This document shows positions 29,714 to 39,362 of a DNA stretch of 64,000 nt, in pieces. A model generated the notes under the pieces. The model searched no databases, had not been told where the DNA came from, and worked only from the letters and a program-made list of their open reading frames with translations. The translations under genes were made by a program, and so were the position numbers. Each line of letters starts with the position of its first letter. Position 1 is the stretch's first letter. Origin of the DNA: Bacilli bacterium (GTDB lineage: Bacteria > Bacillota_I > Bacilli_A > RFN20 > CAG-826); the NCBI GenBank assembly GCA_024696885.1, contig JAILGI010000003.1, forward strand, positions 8,897 through 72,896. The letters are read 5' to 3'.

Positions 29714-30349
29714 ATGACATTTGAAATACTCATCCAAGTCTTTTTTATGGGCATCGCCTTATCAATGGATGCTTTTTCCGTCGCTTTAACGGATGGTTTA
29801 GTCTACACCGACATCAACAAAAAGAAATCATTCTTTATCGCTGGTGTTTTTGGTTTTATGCAAGCATTAATGCCCTTGATTGGTTTCTTCCTTGTTGAAC
29901 TTGTGGAAGTCATTGCGGGAGAAGTCGCAGGTAGTAACGCTGGGCCAATTATGGCCCAAATTGTCACTTGGATTGCTTTTGTCCTCCTCCTATTTATCGG
30001 AGGCAAAATGCTCATTGAATCCATTATTGAGTTAAGAAAGCCTATCGAAAAGAAAGAGAGTAAAAAATTTTCCTTTAGGGAAGTTATCTTCTTTGGTTTT
30101 GCTACTGCGATTGATGCTTTAGCCGCAGGCGTTACTTTCCATACTGGTTTATCCACCACTACGACCATTTGGCTACATGTTTCTATTGTTTTAGTTTTAA
30201 CATTCACCATTTCTTTAATTGGTCTATTCTTAGGAAAACAGATTACCAAATTATTAAAAGGCAGATATGAAATATCCGGGATAATTGGTGGCGTTATCCT
30301 TCTCTTATTAGCGGTTTGGGTAATTGTTAGCCACTACGCTGGTATATAA
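29714..30349 (+). CDS. mntP: Manganese efflux pump MntP
   Basis: GIALSMDAFSVALTDG N-terminal motif, a duplicated DUF204 fold and ~6 TM helices. Confidence 0.85.
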   Translation: MTFEILIQVFFMGIALSMDAFSVALTDGLVYTDINKKKSFFIAGVFGFMQALMPLIGFFLVELVEVIAGEVAGSNAGPIMAQIVTWIAFVLLLFIGGKMLIESIIELRKPIEKKESKKFSFREVIFFGFATAIDALAAGVTFHTGLSTTTTIWLHVSIVLVLTFTISLIGLFLGKQITKLLKGRYEISGIIGGVILLLLAVWVIVSHYAGI

Positions 30350-30351
30350 AA

Positions 30352-30378
30352 ATAAAAACCCCTAATGGGGTTTTATTT
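30352..30378. terminator. Bidirectional intrinsic terminator between mntP (+) and the HAD hydrolase (-)
   Basis: AAAAA-CCCCTAATGGGG-TTTTATTTT. Confidence 0.85.
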
Positions 30379-31002
30379 TACTAAATCGAATAAGGATCTA
30401 ATTTTGACGTAATTATCCGCTTCTTTAAATGCGCCAACGCGATCAATTAATATTGCGTCTATTCCCGCGCGATTTGCGGATATCATATCGTTAAGTGCAT
30501 CACCGACATAAGCGATTTTTTTCTTGTCCGCATCTTTAATGTGTTTAAAGGCGTATTGTAATGGTTTAGGTGACGGCTTGGTTTCTGGTTCGTCATCACT
30601 ATCGACGATAATAGTGAAGAAATCTGGATCGATATTAAAGAGATTTAAAACATCCACAACATGGTTTTTATTGTTACTTGTAACAATGCCAAATTCGATA
30701 TTGTGCTCTTTCAAATAATTGAGAAAAGGAATAGTTTCATCGTATATTTCGGTCTTTTTTAGGACTTCTTTATCGTCTAAATAATATCTAATTCTTTCGA
30801 CGAAATAGTCCACTTTATCCATTGGAGCGTGTAATTCTTTATATGTCATCTCTAATGGCTGACGGGTATATTGAAGGCAATCTTCTTCTTTCACTTTAAC
30901 GCCTATATCTCTAAAAGATAAAATAAAAATATCTTCGAGGGATTTAATGGAATCCACGAGTGTGCCATCAAAGTCGAAAAGATAAACATCGTATTTCTTC
31001 AT
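30373..31002 (-). CDS. HAD-IA family hydrolase (phosphatase)
   Basis: DFDGTLVDS motif I, a T/S motif II, and K...GDALNDMISANRAGID motifs III/IV. Confidence 0.8.
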   Translation of the reverse strand: MKKYDVYLFDFDGTLVDSIKSLEDIFILSFRDIGVKVKEEDCLQYTRQPLEMTYKELHAPMDKVDYFVERIRYYLDDKEVLKKTEIYDETIPFLNYLKEHNIEFGIVTSNNKNHVVDVLNLFNIDPDFFTIIVDSDDEPETKPSPKPLQYAFKHIKDADKKKIAYVGDALNDMISANRAGIDAILIDRVGAFKEADNYVKIRSLFDLVK

Positions 31003-31039
31003 ATGTGTTTAGAGTATAGGAAAAAGAGTAAATAGTAAA

Positions 31040-31068
31040 GAAAAACCGTTAAATATTTAACGGTCTTT
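31040..31068. terminator. Bidirectional intrinsic terminator downstream of the rubredoxin gene
   Basis: AAAAA-ACCGTTAAATATTTAACGGT-CTTTAATTT. Confidence 0.75.
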
Positions 31069-31079
31069 AATTTAATTAA

Positions 31080-31235
31080 TTATTCTTTAACAAATGCGGT
31101 TTTATCTAACCCACACCAGTCACAGGTGAAGTCATCTGGTAAGTCTTCGAATTTGGTGCCTGGGGCAATGCCTTTTTCGGGCGCGCCGAGCTCTTCATCG
31201 TAGACAAATCCACACGCTGAACAAACGTATCTCAT
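31080..31235 (-). CDS. Rubredoxin (51 aa; missing from ORF track because it is under 60 aa)
   Basis: Manual translation gives MRYVCSACGFVYDEELGAPEKGIAPGTKFEDLPDDFTCDWCGLDKTAFVKE. It has two CxxCG knuckles and the canonical rubredoxin aromatic core. It lies 18 nt downstream of the flavodiiron gene. Confidence 0.88.
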   Translation of the reverse strand: MRYVCSACGFVYDEELGAPEKGIAPGTKFEDLPDDFTCDWCGLDKTAFVKE

Positions 31236-31252
31236 AGTAAATCGCCTTTCTT

Positions 31253-33049
31253 TTATTTTATTGGTTCAAAGTCCGCTGCACCGTGTTTACATAAAGGGCA
31301 GACGATATCTTCAGGTAATTCATCGCCTTCATAAACGTAGCCACAAACCTTACAAACATAACCTTTTTTCTTGGTTTCTGGTCTTGGTTTAACGTTGGCT
31401 TGATAGTAGTTATATGTCATGGTTTCAACATTGTTGATAGTCTTAGATTCTGTGACGGAACAGATAAACATACCATGTGTTCCTAAATCGACATATTGAT
31501 CCACTTTTAAGGAGAAGAAGGCGTTGATGTAATTAGTTAATACTCTTAAACCATTTTCACTTCTTAAAACTTCGTTTCCTTCAAATTTGTCTTTATCTCT
31601 ACCGGAGACAAAACCGAATTGTTGGAAAACGCTGAATGGGGTTTCAGTATTTAAGCAGTTAACGTTAAGAATGCCTGTCTTTTTAATGACATCATGTGAG
31701 TAATTTAATTTATTAATATTCACCGCGACGCGTAATGGAGAATCGGTTAATTGAGAAACTGTGTTTACGATTAAACCGTTATCTTTCTTACCATCATTTG
31801 AGGTGACGACATATAAGCCATAACCGATTTTAAAGAGAGCTTTCGCATCGATTTCTGGTGCTTTTTCTTCTTTTAATTCTTTGATGGCTTTATATTCTTT
31901 TGAAAGTTCTAACGCTAAATTAGCGATTTGTTCTTTGTTTTCCTCGCTCATAGAAGAGAGAATTCTCACTGTTGGGTCGACAAATGTGATGTTTTTGCTA
32001 TTAGCAAATTTATCTTTCATAATCTTTGCAGCGAGAGGCGCCCAAGTACCATTTTCAATGAATCCCACTTTCTTATTTTGGAAATTTCTTTCCACTAAGT
32101 GGTCAATAAATGTATGCATGAATGGGAAAATGGAGGCGTTATATGTGGTGGTTGCGAATACGATTTTGCCATATCTGAAGGCGTCTTCCACGCATTCCGC
32201 CATATCTTCTCTAGCGAGATCCGCTACCACTACTTTTGGTGTGCCGTTTTTCTTTAATTCTTCAGCGAGTAATTCCGCTGCTTCTTTGGTGTGACCATAA
32301 ACGGATGTATAGAAGATAGCGACGCCTTCACTCTCGGTTTGATAACTTGACCAGATATCATAGAGTTTTAAATAATGACCTAAATCTTCAGAGAGGACTG
32401 GTCCATGTAATGGACAAATCATTTGAATATCTAAGGTGGCGGCTTTCTTTAATAAAGCTTGTACTTGCGCACCATATTTACCGACGATGCCGATATAATA
32501 TCTTCTTGCTTCGCAATCCCATTCTTCTTCGACGTCTAAGGCACCAAATTTACCAAATCCATCAGCGGAGAATAAGACTTTATCAAAGCTATCATAGGTG
32601 ACCATAACTTCTGGCCAATGCACCATTGGGGCAAAGACAAATGTTAAAGTGTGTTTACCTAAATTAAGGGTATCACCTTCACTAACTTCTAATTTATGAG
32701 GGATTTCTTGATGGAAGAATTGCTCCATCATTTTGAATGTTTTAGCATTGCCAACAACGAACGCATCAGGGAATTCCTTTAAGAAATTCATGATATTCGC
32801 GGAGTGGTCAGGTTCCATGTGTTGGACAACTAAGTAGGTTGGTTTTGCACCATTTAAAACTTCCTTAATATTTCTTAACCATTCCTCGGTAAAATGGGCA
32901 TCCACTGTGTCCATAATAGCGATTAATTCATCTTTGATAACATAGGAGTTATACGCCATTCCATTAGGAACGATGTATTGCCCTTCAAATAAGTCGACTT
33001 GATGATCGTTCACGCCGACATAATAGAGTTCATTTGTGAGCTTTTTCAT
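31253..33049 (-). CDS. Multi-domain flavodiiron protein: metallo-beta-lactamase-like diiron domain + flavodoxin-like domain + NAD(P)H:flavin oxidoreductase-like domain + C-terminal rubredoxin domain
   Basis: HMEPDHS diiron ligand motif; central flavodoxin fold (VAIFYTSVYGHT); flavin-reductase-like segment; C-terminus CKVCGYVYEGDELPEDIVCPLCKHGAADFE, a rubredoxin domain. Confidence 0.85.
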   Translation of the reverse strand: MKKLTNELYYVGVNDHQVDLFEGQYIVPNGMAYNSYVIKDELIAIMDTVDAHFTEEWLRNIKEVLNGAKPTYLVVQHMEPDHSANIMNFLKEFPDAFVVGNAKTFKMMEQFFHQEIPHKLEVSEGDTLNLGKHTLTFVFAPMVHWPEVMVTYDSFDKVLFSADGFGKFGALDVEEEWDCEARRYYIGIVGKYGAQVQALLKKAATLDIQMICPLHGPVLSEDLGHYLKLYDIWSSYQTESEGVAIFYTSVYGHTKEAAELLAEELKKNGTPKVVVADLAREDMAECVEDAFRYGKIVFATTTYNASIFPFMHTFIDHLVERNFQNKKVGFIENGTWAPLAAKIMKDKFANSKNITFVDPTVRILSSMSEENKEQIANLALELSKEYKAIKELKEEKAPEIDAKALFKIGYGLYVVTSNDGKKDNGLIVNTVSQLTDSPLRVAVNINKLNYSHDVIKKTGILNVNCLNTETPFSVFQQFGFVSGRDKDKFEGNEVLRSENGLRVLTNYINAFFSLKVDQYVDLGTHGMFICSVTESKTINNVETMTYNYYQANVKPRPETKKKGYVCKVCGYVYEGDELPEDIVCPLCKHGAADFEPIK

Positions 33050-33555
33050 TATTTATTTAACCAATCCTTTAATCTTTCATCGATGTTTTCTACTTCACTG
33101 CCTTTGCAAGCAAAGCCTGGTTTAAGAATTGCGCCTTTAACCGCACCTTTGAGTTCTAATTCAGCAAGGCCTAAACTTCCTTCTTCATTTGTGCAGAAAG
33201 GATAGACGGTTTTACCGACAAAGGAGTAATCTCTTAAGAATGTAGCGACCACTCTTGGATATGTTCTCCACCAGGAAGGGAAGCCTAAATAGATGACGTC
33301 ATATTCATCAAGATTCTCTAATTTTTTGATATATTCGACGCGTGCATTTTCTTGATCTTCTCTTCTACTTCTTGCAACGCATTCATCATAATTTGTGGGG
33401 TAAGGAACAACAGGGACTAAAGGATATAATTCACCCTTTACTTCCTTGGCGATTTTTTCAGCGATAATTTCGGTAAATCCTTTTGCGATTACCTCAGTCA
33501 TACCATTCACACTATTTTCGCCAGTCCTTGAAAAATAAACGACTAGTTTTTTCAT
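33049..33555 (-). CDS. Flavodoxin-like FMN-binding protein
   Basis: 168 aa. KLVVYFSRTGENS N-terminal flavodoxin signature. Stop overlaps the flavodiiron gene start. Confidence 0.7.
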   Translation of the reverse strand: MKKLVVYFSRTGENSVNGMTEVIAKGFTEIIAEKIAKEVKGELYPLVPVVPYPTNYDECVARSRREDQENARVEYIKKLENLDEYDVIYLGFPSWWRTYPRVVATFLRDYSFVGKTVYPFCTNEEGSLGLAELELKGAVKGAILKPGFACKGSEVENIDERLKDWLNK

Positions 33556-33645
33556 ATTTTTGTCTCCAACTTTACTTATTAAATTATCGCAAAAAAGCCA
33601 CTAATATTAAAGTTTAATATTTCGATTTGCTATAATTACCTTACG

Positions 33646-34194
33646 ATGAAAGAAATAACTTACTCAACTCATCCTGAAATCAAAGAGGATATTTCCCCTT
33701 TATATTTATCCTCTTTTCCAGCGAGTGAAAGACCACCTTTAAGATACTTTTATCAGGGTCTTGAAAAGAATAAGGAAAACGAATTATATGCCTATTATGA
33801 CGATGATGTATTTATTGGTTTTTCTTATCTAACTAGTTATAAAGATATTATTTATATCTTTTTCCTCGCGGTGAAAGAATCATTAAGAAACAAAGGCTAT
33901 GGAAGCAAGATCTTAACAATAATTAAAGATAATAATCCGGATAAAGTCATTTTACTTTGCTATGAAGAAGTGGATACGAAATATAAAGATTATCTTTCTA
34001 GAAAGAAAAGAAAAGATTTTTATATTAAAAATGGGTTTAAGAAAAACGGATTAAAAACTGATGAATATGGGGTTATTTTTGAAACCGCTTATATTGGTAA
34101 ACACCCTGTTTCCTTTCAGGATTATGAACAAATCTTTATCGTAGGATTTGGAAAAGGAAGAGAAAAGCATCTAAAAGAGGTAAAAGAAGATTAA
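33646..34194 (+). CDS. GNAT family N-acetyltransferase
   Basis: RNKGYGSKIL acetyl-CoA-binding motif. 182 aa. A TGCTATAAT extended -10 lies upstream. Confidence 0.75.
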   Translation: MKEITYSTHPEIKEDISPLYLSSFPASERPPLRYFYQGLEKNKENELYAYYDDDVFIGFSYLTSYKDIIYIFFLAVKESLRNKGYGSKILTIIKDNNPDKVILLCYEEVDTKYKDYLSRKKRKDFYIKNGFKKNGLKTDEYGVIFETAYIGKHPVSFQDYEQIFIVGFGKGREKHLKEVKED

Positions 34195-34234
34195 TTTTGT
34201 TTATTTAAACAAATTATTCTTATATCATTAGAAT

Positions 34235-35908
34235 ATGCTAAAAAGATTATCAGTTAAAAACTTCGCCATTATTGAGGATATTGATATCTCTTTTAATGAT
34301 GGTTTAACTGTCTTAACCGGTGAAACTGGCGCGGGTAAATCATTAGTGATTGATTCCATCTCTCTTCTTTTAGGAGAAAGAGCGAATTTAGAAATGATTC
34401 GTCACGGAGAAGATAAAGCCATTATTACTGGCGTCTTTTCCTTTAAAAATATCTATTTAGAAGCTTTGCTCAATTCTTTAAATATCGATTATAGCGATAA
34501 TACGATCACTATTACCCGTATCATTTCCTCTCGTGGAGTGGTCAAAGTTAATGACACGATTATATCTTTAAACGATTTAAAACTTATCGCTCATTATCTC
34601 GCCGATATTCATCTCCAATTTGATATGACCAAATTATTAAATAGAGAGAATTATCTCGATATCGTCGATGGTTTCAAAAATGATGTCGTAAATGAATATA
34701 AGAGTAAATATCAAGAATCTTTAATTATATTAAAGAAACAATATAGTTATTATCAAGAACTCGTCAAAAAGAGCGAAGAGATTAAAAAGAACCGCGAATT
34801 CTATGAATATGATTTAAAAGAATTACAAGGTTTGGATCTAAAAGAAAACGAAGATGAAGAAATTAAAGAGCAGATTTCTTATTTAAAGAATTACGATCGT
34901 ATTTATTCACTTCTCGCGGAAATAAAAGAAACAAGCGATAAAGAGTCACTAGAAGATATTTATCACATCAAAGATTTAGTGAAGTCACTAAGCGAGTATC
35001 AAAGTGAATATCAAGAATATTTAAGTCGTATAGAATCTAGTTATTACGAACTAGAAGATATTTACGATTCTTTAAGAAAGAAATTTAAGAATTTAGATTA
35101 TAATCCATCTTTATTAGATGAATTAGAGACGAGATTAAATGAGATTTCTCTAATAGAGAAAAAGCATCACAAAAATATTAGTGAATTAATCGCCTATCAA
35201 AAGGAATTAGAACAACTCATTTCCTTAAGTGGAGATGATGAAATTCTTTTAAAAGAAGAACATGAGAAATTAGAAAAGTTATATAACACCACCTATCAAT
35301 ATGCTCTTGATCTATCCAAAGTGAGAGATAACATTGGCAAAAACATTGCTAAAGAGATAGAAAGACATCTATCTGATTTATCTTTAAAAGCGAGATTTGA
35401 AGTTTTGGTCTCACCAAACGCAAAGAAAGAAGATTTAGATTTATCCATCTTCTTTGATAATGGCGTGGATGTCATCGATTTCTATATCGAAACTAATATT
35501 GGTGAAGGCATGAAACCATTAAATAAAGTGGTATCAGGCGGTGAAGCTAGCCGTATCATGCTCGCCTTAAAAGCGCTTTATATTAAATCCAATAAGATTG
35601 AAACCGTCATCTTTGATGAAATCGATACCGGAATCAGCGGGGAAGTGGCGAGTAAAGTCGCCCATAAGATTTATGAAATATCTTTATCCACGCAAGTGAT
35701 TTCTATTACCCATCTCCCTCAAGTAGCCTCATTAAGCAAAAACCACATCAAGATTTCTAAATCCGTGAATAAAGGAAGAACATATACCTCTATTAAGGAA
35801 TTATCCTTAGAAGAAAAGATTTATGAAATTGCTTTGATGATTAGTGAAGGAAAAGTGACCGAATCGCAATTATCATACGCGAAAGAAATGGTCATTAACA
35901 AAAAATAG
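34235..35908 (+). CDS. recN: DNA repair protein RecN
   Basis: SMC-like. N-terminal GETGAGKS Walker A, long coiled coil and C-terminal signature/Walker B (VIFDEIDTGISG). Confidence 0.93.
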   Translation: MLKRLSVKNFAIIEDIDISFNDGLTVLTGETGAGKSLVIDSISLLLGERANLEMIRHGEDKAIITGVFSFKNIYLEALLNSLNIDYSDNTITITRIISSRGVVKVNDTIISLNDLKLIAHYLADIHLQFDMTKLLNRENYLDIVDGFKNDVVNEYKSKYQESLIILKKQYSYYQELVKKSEEIKKNREFYEYDLKELQGLDLKENEDEEIKEQISYLKNYDRIYSLLAEIKETSDKESLEDIYHIKDLVKSLSEYQSEYQEYLSRIESSYYELEDIYDSLRKKFKNLDYNPSLLDELETRLNEISLIEKKHHKNISELIAYQKELEQLISLSGDDEILLKEEHEKLEKLYNTTYQYALDLSKVRDNIGKNIAKEIERHLSDLSLKARFEVLVSPNAKKEDLDLSIFFDNGVDVIDFYIETNIGEGMKPLNKVVSGGEASRIMLALKALYIKSNKIETVIFDEIDTGISGEVASKVAHKIYEISLSTQVISITHLPQVASLSKNHIKISKSVNKGRTYTSIKELSLEEKIYEIALMISEGKVTESQLSYAKEMVINKK

Positions 35909-35919
35909 TTCCTTAGGAA

Positions 35920-36636
35920 CTACTTTAAGATATCTTTAATTATTTCACTTGCCATTATCAATCCCATGGAAGAAGGGACAAAGGCATTACTACCCGGAAC
36001 GTTACGCGTTCCTTTTTCTTTATAATCAAGGCGTTTATCACATTCTAGTTTAATTGGTTTTTCTTTACTGTAGACCACTTTTAAATGGTTAATTCCGCGT
36101 TTTCTAAGTTCTAAGCGCATGATTCTTGAAAGGGGATCCACGCTTGTTTTTGATATATCACTGACCTCTAACATCGTGGGGTCCATTTTATTACCCGCGC
36201 CCATCGCGGATATAACTGGTTTATTACATTCTTTCGCTTTTAAAACAATCGATAATTTCGCGGTGACTGTGTCCACACAATCGACGATGTAATCATATTG
36301 ATTAAAGTCAAATTCGTCTTCTAATTCTGGTAAATAGAAACATTTTTTGACTTCGACGATAGCTTGGTCGTTAATAGAACGAATACGATTCGCCATCACA
36401 TCCACTTTAAACTGACCAATTGTTTCACTAGTTGCGATGATTTGACGGTTTAAATTGGTTAAAGAAACGACATCGTTATCGATTAAAGTGAAGTGACCCA
36501 CTCCACTTCTTGCTAAAGCTTCGACGACGTAACCACCGACCCCGCCTATTCCAAAAACAGCGACATGAGTGTTTGCTAGTCGTCTTAAACCTTCTTCTTT
36601 AACTAATAATTCTAAACGCGAAAAACGATTGTCCAT
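35920..36636 (-). CDS. tcdA: tRNA threonylcarbamoyladenosine dehydratase (ThiF/E1-like, TcdA/CsdL family)
   Basis: VAVFGIGGVGGYVVEALARSG Rossmann motif. 238 aa single-domain E1-like enzyme. Confidence 0.8.
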   Translation of the reverse strand: MDNRFSRLELLVKEEGLRRLANTHVAVFGIGGVGGYVVEALARSGVGHFTLIDNDVVSLTNLNRQIIATSETIGQFKVDVMANRIRSINDQAIVEVKKCFYLPELEDEFDFNQYDYIVDCVDTVTAKLSIVLKAKECNKPVISAMGAGNKMDPTMLEVSDISKTSVDPLSRIMRLELRKRGINHLKVVYSKEKPIKLECDKRLDYKEKGTRNVPGSNAFVPSSMGLIMASEIIKDILK

Positions 36637-36637
36637 A

Positions 36638-39022
36638 TTAATTATCAGTGGGTTGATACCCTGCTTCTTTAATTAAATCAAAGATTTCTTCTTTACTTAA
36701 GGAAGTTTCTACTTCTACTTTTTTAGTTTTTAAATCCACTTTAACACTTTGAATTCCTTCTTTAGTTAAAGCTTTTTCGACGTGCATTACACAGTGGTTA
36801 CACATCATATCTTTGACGTAAAATGTCATATTTGGTTCCTCCTTAATATATTCCATTTTTGTTAAATTTAATCGTAAAGCATTTAAGCATACCGAGACAC
36901 TACTAAGTGACATACAGAGTGCTCCTATCATTGGATTAAGGGTGAAATTTAAGGCATAGAAGGCACCTGCGGCAACGGGAATAGCAATAATATTATAAAT
37001 AAAAGCCCAGAAAAGATTAATTTTAATATTATTAACTGTCTTTTTTGCTAAATGATAGGCGTTATACGCATCTAATAAATCAGAACGCGTCAAGATAACA
37101 TCCGCGCTTGATTTAGCGATATTGGTTTCATTCATCGCTATACCAATATAGGCACTTTCTAAAGCGACTGAATCGTTGATACCATCACCGATCATTAATA
37201 CATGATGACCAGCATCTTGATATTCTTTGACTATATTAGCTTTATCCATGGGCAAAAGAGATGAATGGATTTCATCAATTGGGAAATCAGCACAAGTTTG
37301 CTTTGTACTATTCTCATTATCGCCAGTTAAAAGAAGCGTTTTAACATTATGTTTTTTGAATAATTCTAAGGCTTTTAATGACGATGGTTTTGGACTATCT
37401 GAGAAAGTTACTTTTCCTAAATATTTCTTATCTGTAAAGAAATGAATGGTGGTTAATAAATCGCTTTCCTCAATGTCTAAAATTTCCTTTAAATAAACAT
37501 TATTCCCTGCGTGATATGTCACTCCATTTATCTTTCCGGATATGCCTTTCCCCGCGATTGTTGTAAAATCAGAAACATCTTCATTATAGGTTAAATTCTC
37601 CACGATAGATTTACTTAGTGGATGATTAGATAATTTTTCTATATTTTGTAGATGAACATATTCTTTTTCATCAATTGTATTTTCTGTAATTTCTAATTTG
37701 CCTTTCGTGATCGTTCCGGTTTTATCAAACATGATCGTATCGATTTTCGCGAGTTTTTCAAAAACTTCAGCGTCTTTAATTAAGATGTAATTTTTGCTCG
37801 CTTTTAAAGTCGCCACCATAACGCATAAAGGCGTCGCTAATCCCAAAGCGCAAGGACAAGAAATAACTAAAACAGAGATACCAAATTTAACAGCTTGATT
37901 AATGTTATGAGGATTAATTAATAGCCACGTAAAGAAGACAATACCGCTGATTAAAATAACTAATGGAACAAAGATTAAAGCCACTTTATCGACGATTTTT
38001 TCAATCGCCATCTTTGATGAAGAAGCCTCTTCCACCATTTTGATGATTTGATTAATGGTAGAATTTTCGCTTGTTTTAGTCACTTTGATATATAAAGTGG
38101 ATTCTTGGTTTTTACTACCTGAGACAATCTCGTCTCCAACTCCTTTTTCCTTTAATAAAGATTCACCAGTTAAAGAAGAATCATCGATATAAGATTGACC
38201 TTTAACCACTATTCCATCTAAAGGAACAACATCATATGGTCTAATTTCAATAACATCATTTAATTTGATAGATTCAATAGAAACTAATGAAGATATTTCG
38301 CCATCCACTTTTAAAACAGAATTAGGAACCATTTCCATTAATTCATCTAATGCTTTAGTGGTTTTCTTCTTACTTAATCCCTCTAATAATTTACCTACAC
38401 TGACAAGCGTTAATATCATGGCTGATGAATCAAAATATAAGTGATTGTGGTGTAAATTATGCACGCTATCAAAATTGCCATTCTTCGTTCTTATAAAGAT
38501 TAAAACCGCAGCCACACAGGAGTAAGCAAAACTAATTAAACTACCTAATGCAACAAGGGTATCCATGTTTGGTTTTAACCTAAATAACTTATAAAAACCA
38601 GAGGTGAAATAATGATAATTTAAGCCCATTACAATTAGAGCTAAAACGATTTGAATAATGACGTTAATATAAGTGTTATTTCCCGTTAAGAAATCAGGAA
38701 GTATATTGATCATATGTCCCATGGCAACATACATTAAAATGAACATTAAAATAACGGAAATAATGAGGCGAATTGTCTTTCCATTAACCGCTTTTGTTTG
38801 TTTATTTAAATATTCATTTTGATAAATAGAAGCGTTATATCCCGCTTTTTGGACAGCAGAAATGACTAATTCATCGTCAATGTTATCTTCACTTGTTACT
38901 TCCATCGAATTGGTGAGTAAAGATACATTACATGAATAGCCTTCAATATCATTAACAGCTTTATTGACGTGAGCGGCGCATGCAGCGCATGTCATTCCTT
39001 GAACGTTATATTTCTTTTTCAT
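36638..39022 (-). CDS. copA: Copper-exporting P1B-type ATPase with heavy-metal-binding domains at both N- and C-termini
   Basis: N-terminal GMTCAACAAHV, a TM6 CPC motif (SCPCALGLATP), DKTGTIT phosphorylation site, GDGINDSVAL, and an extra C-terminal HMA MMCNHCVMHVEKAL. Confidence 0.93.
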   Translation of the reverse strand: MKKKYNVQGMTCAACAAHVNKAVNDIEGYSCNVSLLTNSMEVTSEDNIDDELVISAVQKAGYNASIYQNEYLNKQTKAVNGKTIRLIISVILMFILMYVAMGHMINILPDFLTGNNTYINVIIQIVLALIVMGLNYHYFTSGFYKLFRLKPNMDTLVALGSLISFAYSCVAAVLIFIRTKNGNFDSVHNLHHNHLYFDSSAMILTLVSVGKLLEGLSKKKTTKALDELMEMVPNSVLKVDGEISSLVSIESIKLNDVIEIRPYDVVPLDGIVVKGQSYIDDSSLTGESLLKEKGVGDEIVSGSKNQESTLYIKVTKTSENSTINQIIKMVEEASSSKMAIEKIVDKVALIFVPLVILISGIVFFTWLLINPHNINQAVKFGISVLVISCPCALGLATPLCVMVATLKASKNYILIKDAEVFEKLAKIDTIMFDKTGTITKGKLEITENTIDEKEYVHLQNIEKLSNHPLSKSIVENLTYNEDVSDFTTIAGKGISGKINGVTYHAGNNVYLKEILDIEESDLLTTIHFFTDKKYLGKVTFSDSPKPSSLKALELFKKHNVKTLLLTGDNENSTKQTCADFPIDEIHSSLLPMDKANIVKEYQDAGHHVLMIGDGINDSVALESAYIGIAMNETNIAKSSADVILTRSDLLDAYNAYHLAKKTVNNIKINLFWAFIYNIIAIPVAAGAFYALNFTLNPMIGALCMSLSSVSVCLNALRLNLTKMEYIKEEPNMTFYVKDMMCNHCVMHVEKALTKEGIQSVKVDLKTKKVEVETSLSKEEIFDLIKEAGYQPTDN

Positions 39023-39276
39023 TACATGACCTTTTTAATGATTTGCGAAACTTCTTGTAGTTTTTCTTCTCTCTCTTTTTTATCAACAGCGTTTAACACA
39101 CAATGTGATAAGTGTTGATCTAAAAGAGCGACGTTCGCTTTTTTGATTAAAGCAATAGAGGCGAGCATTTGATTGGAGATATCAATACAATAAACTCCAT
39201 CTTCAAGCATTTTAATAATGCCACCTAATTGGCCTTTCGCGATTTCTAATAAGTGTATGATTTCTTTTCTGTCCAT
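39022..39276 (-). CDS. csoR: CsoR-family copper-sensing transcriptional repressor
   Basis: 84 aa, DUF156 fold. C(x)...H...C ligand pattern (YCIDI...H...HCV). Stop overlaps the copA start. Confidence 0.85.
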   Translation of the reverse strand: MDRKEIIHLLEIAKGQLGGIIKMLEDGVYCIDISNQMLASIALIKKANVALLDQHLSHCVLNAVDKKEREEKLQEVSQIIKKVM

Positions 39277-39281
39277 ATTAT

Positions 39282-39299
39282 ATACCCCCCAGGGGTGTC
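39282..39299. promoter_or_regulatory. Candidate CsoR operator (GC-rich inverted repeat ATACCCCCCAGGGGTGT) in the csoR-copA promoter
   Basis: ACCCC/GGGGT pseudo-palindrome 6-22 nt upstream of the csoR start. It resembles CsoR boxes of the TACCC-N-GGGTA type. Confidence 0.55.
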
Positions 39300-39339
39300 T
39301 ATATTATGAAATAATAAAAAGGATTTTTCAAGAAGTAAG

Positions 39340-39362
39340 AAAAAACCGCTTTAGCGGTTATT
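39340..39362 (-). terminator. Intrinsic terminator after the TrmH-family gene
   Basis: Transcript AACCGCUAAAGCGGUU plus UUUUUUC. Confidence 0.8.

Noticed and set aside
29803-30249. 148-aa minus-strand ORF
   Set aside because: Antisense to mntP; its hydrophobic composition mirrors the sense gene.
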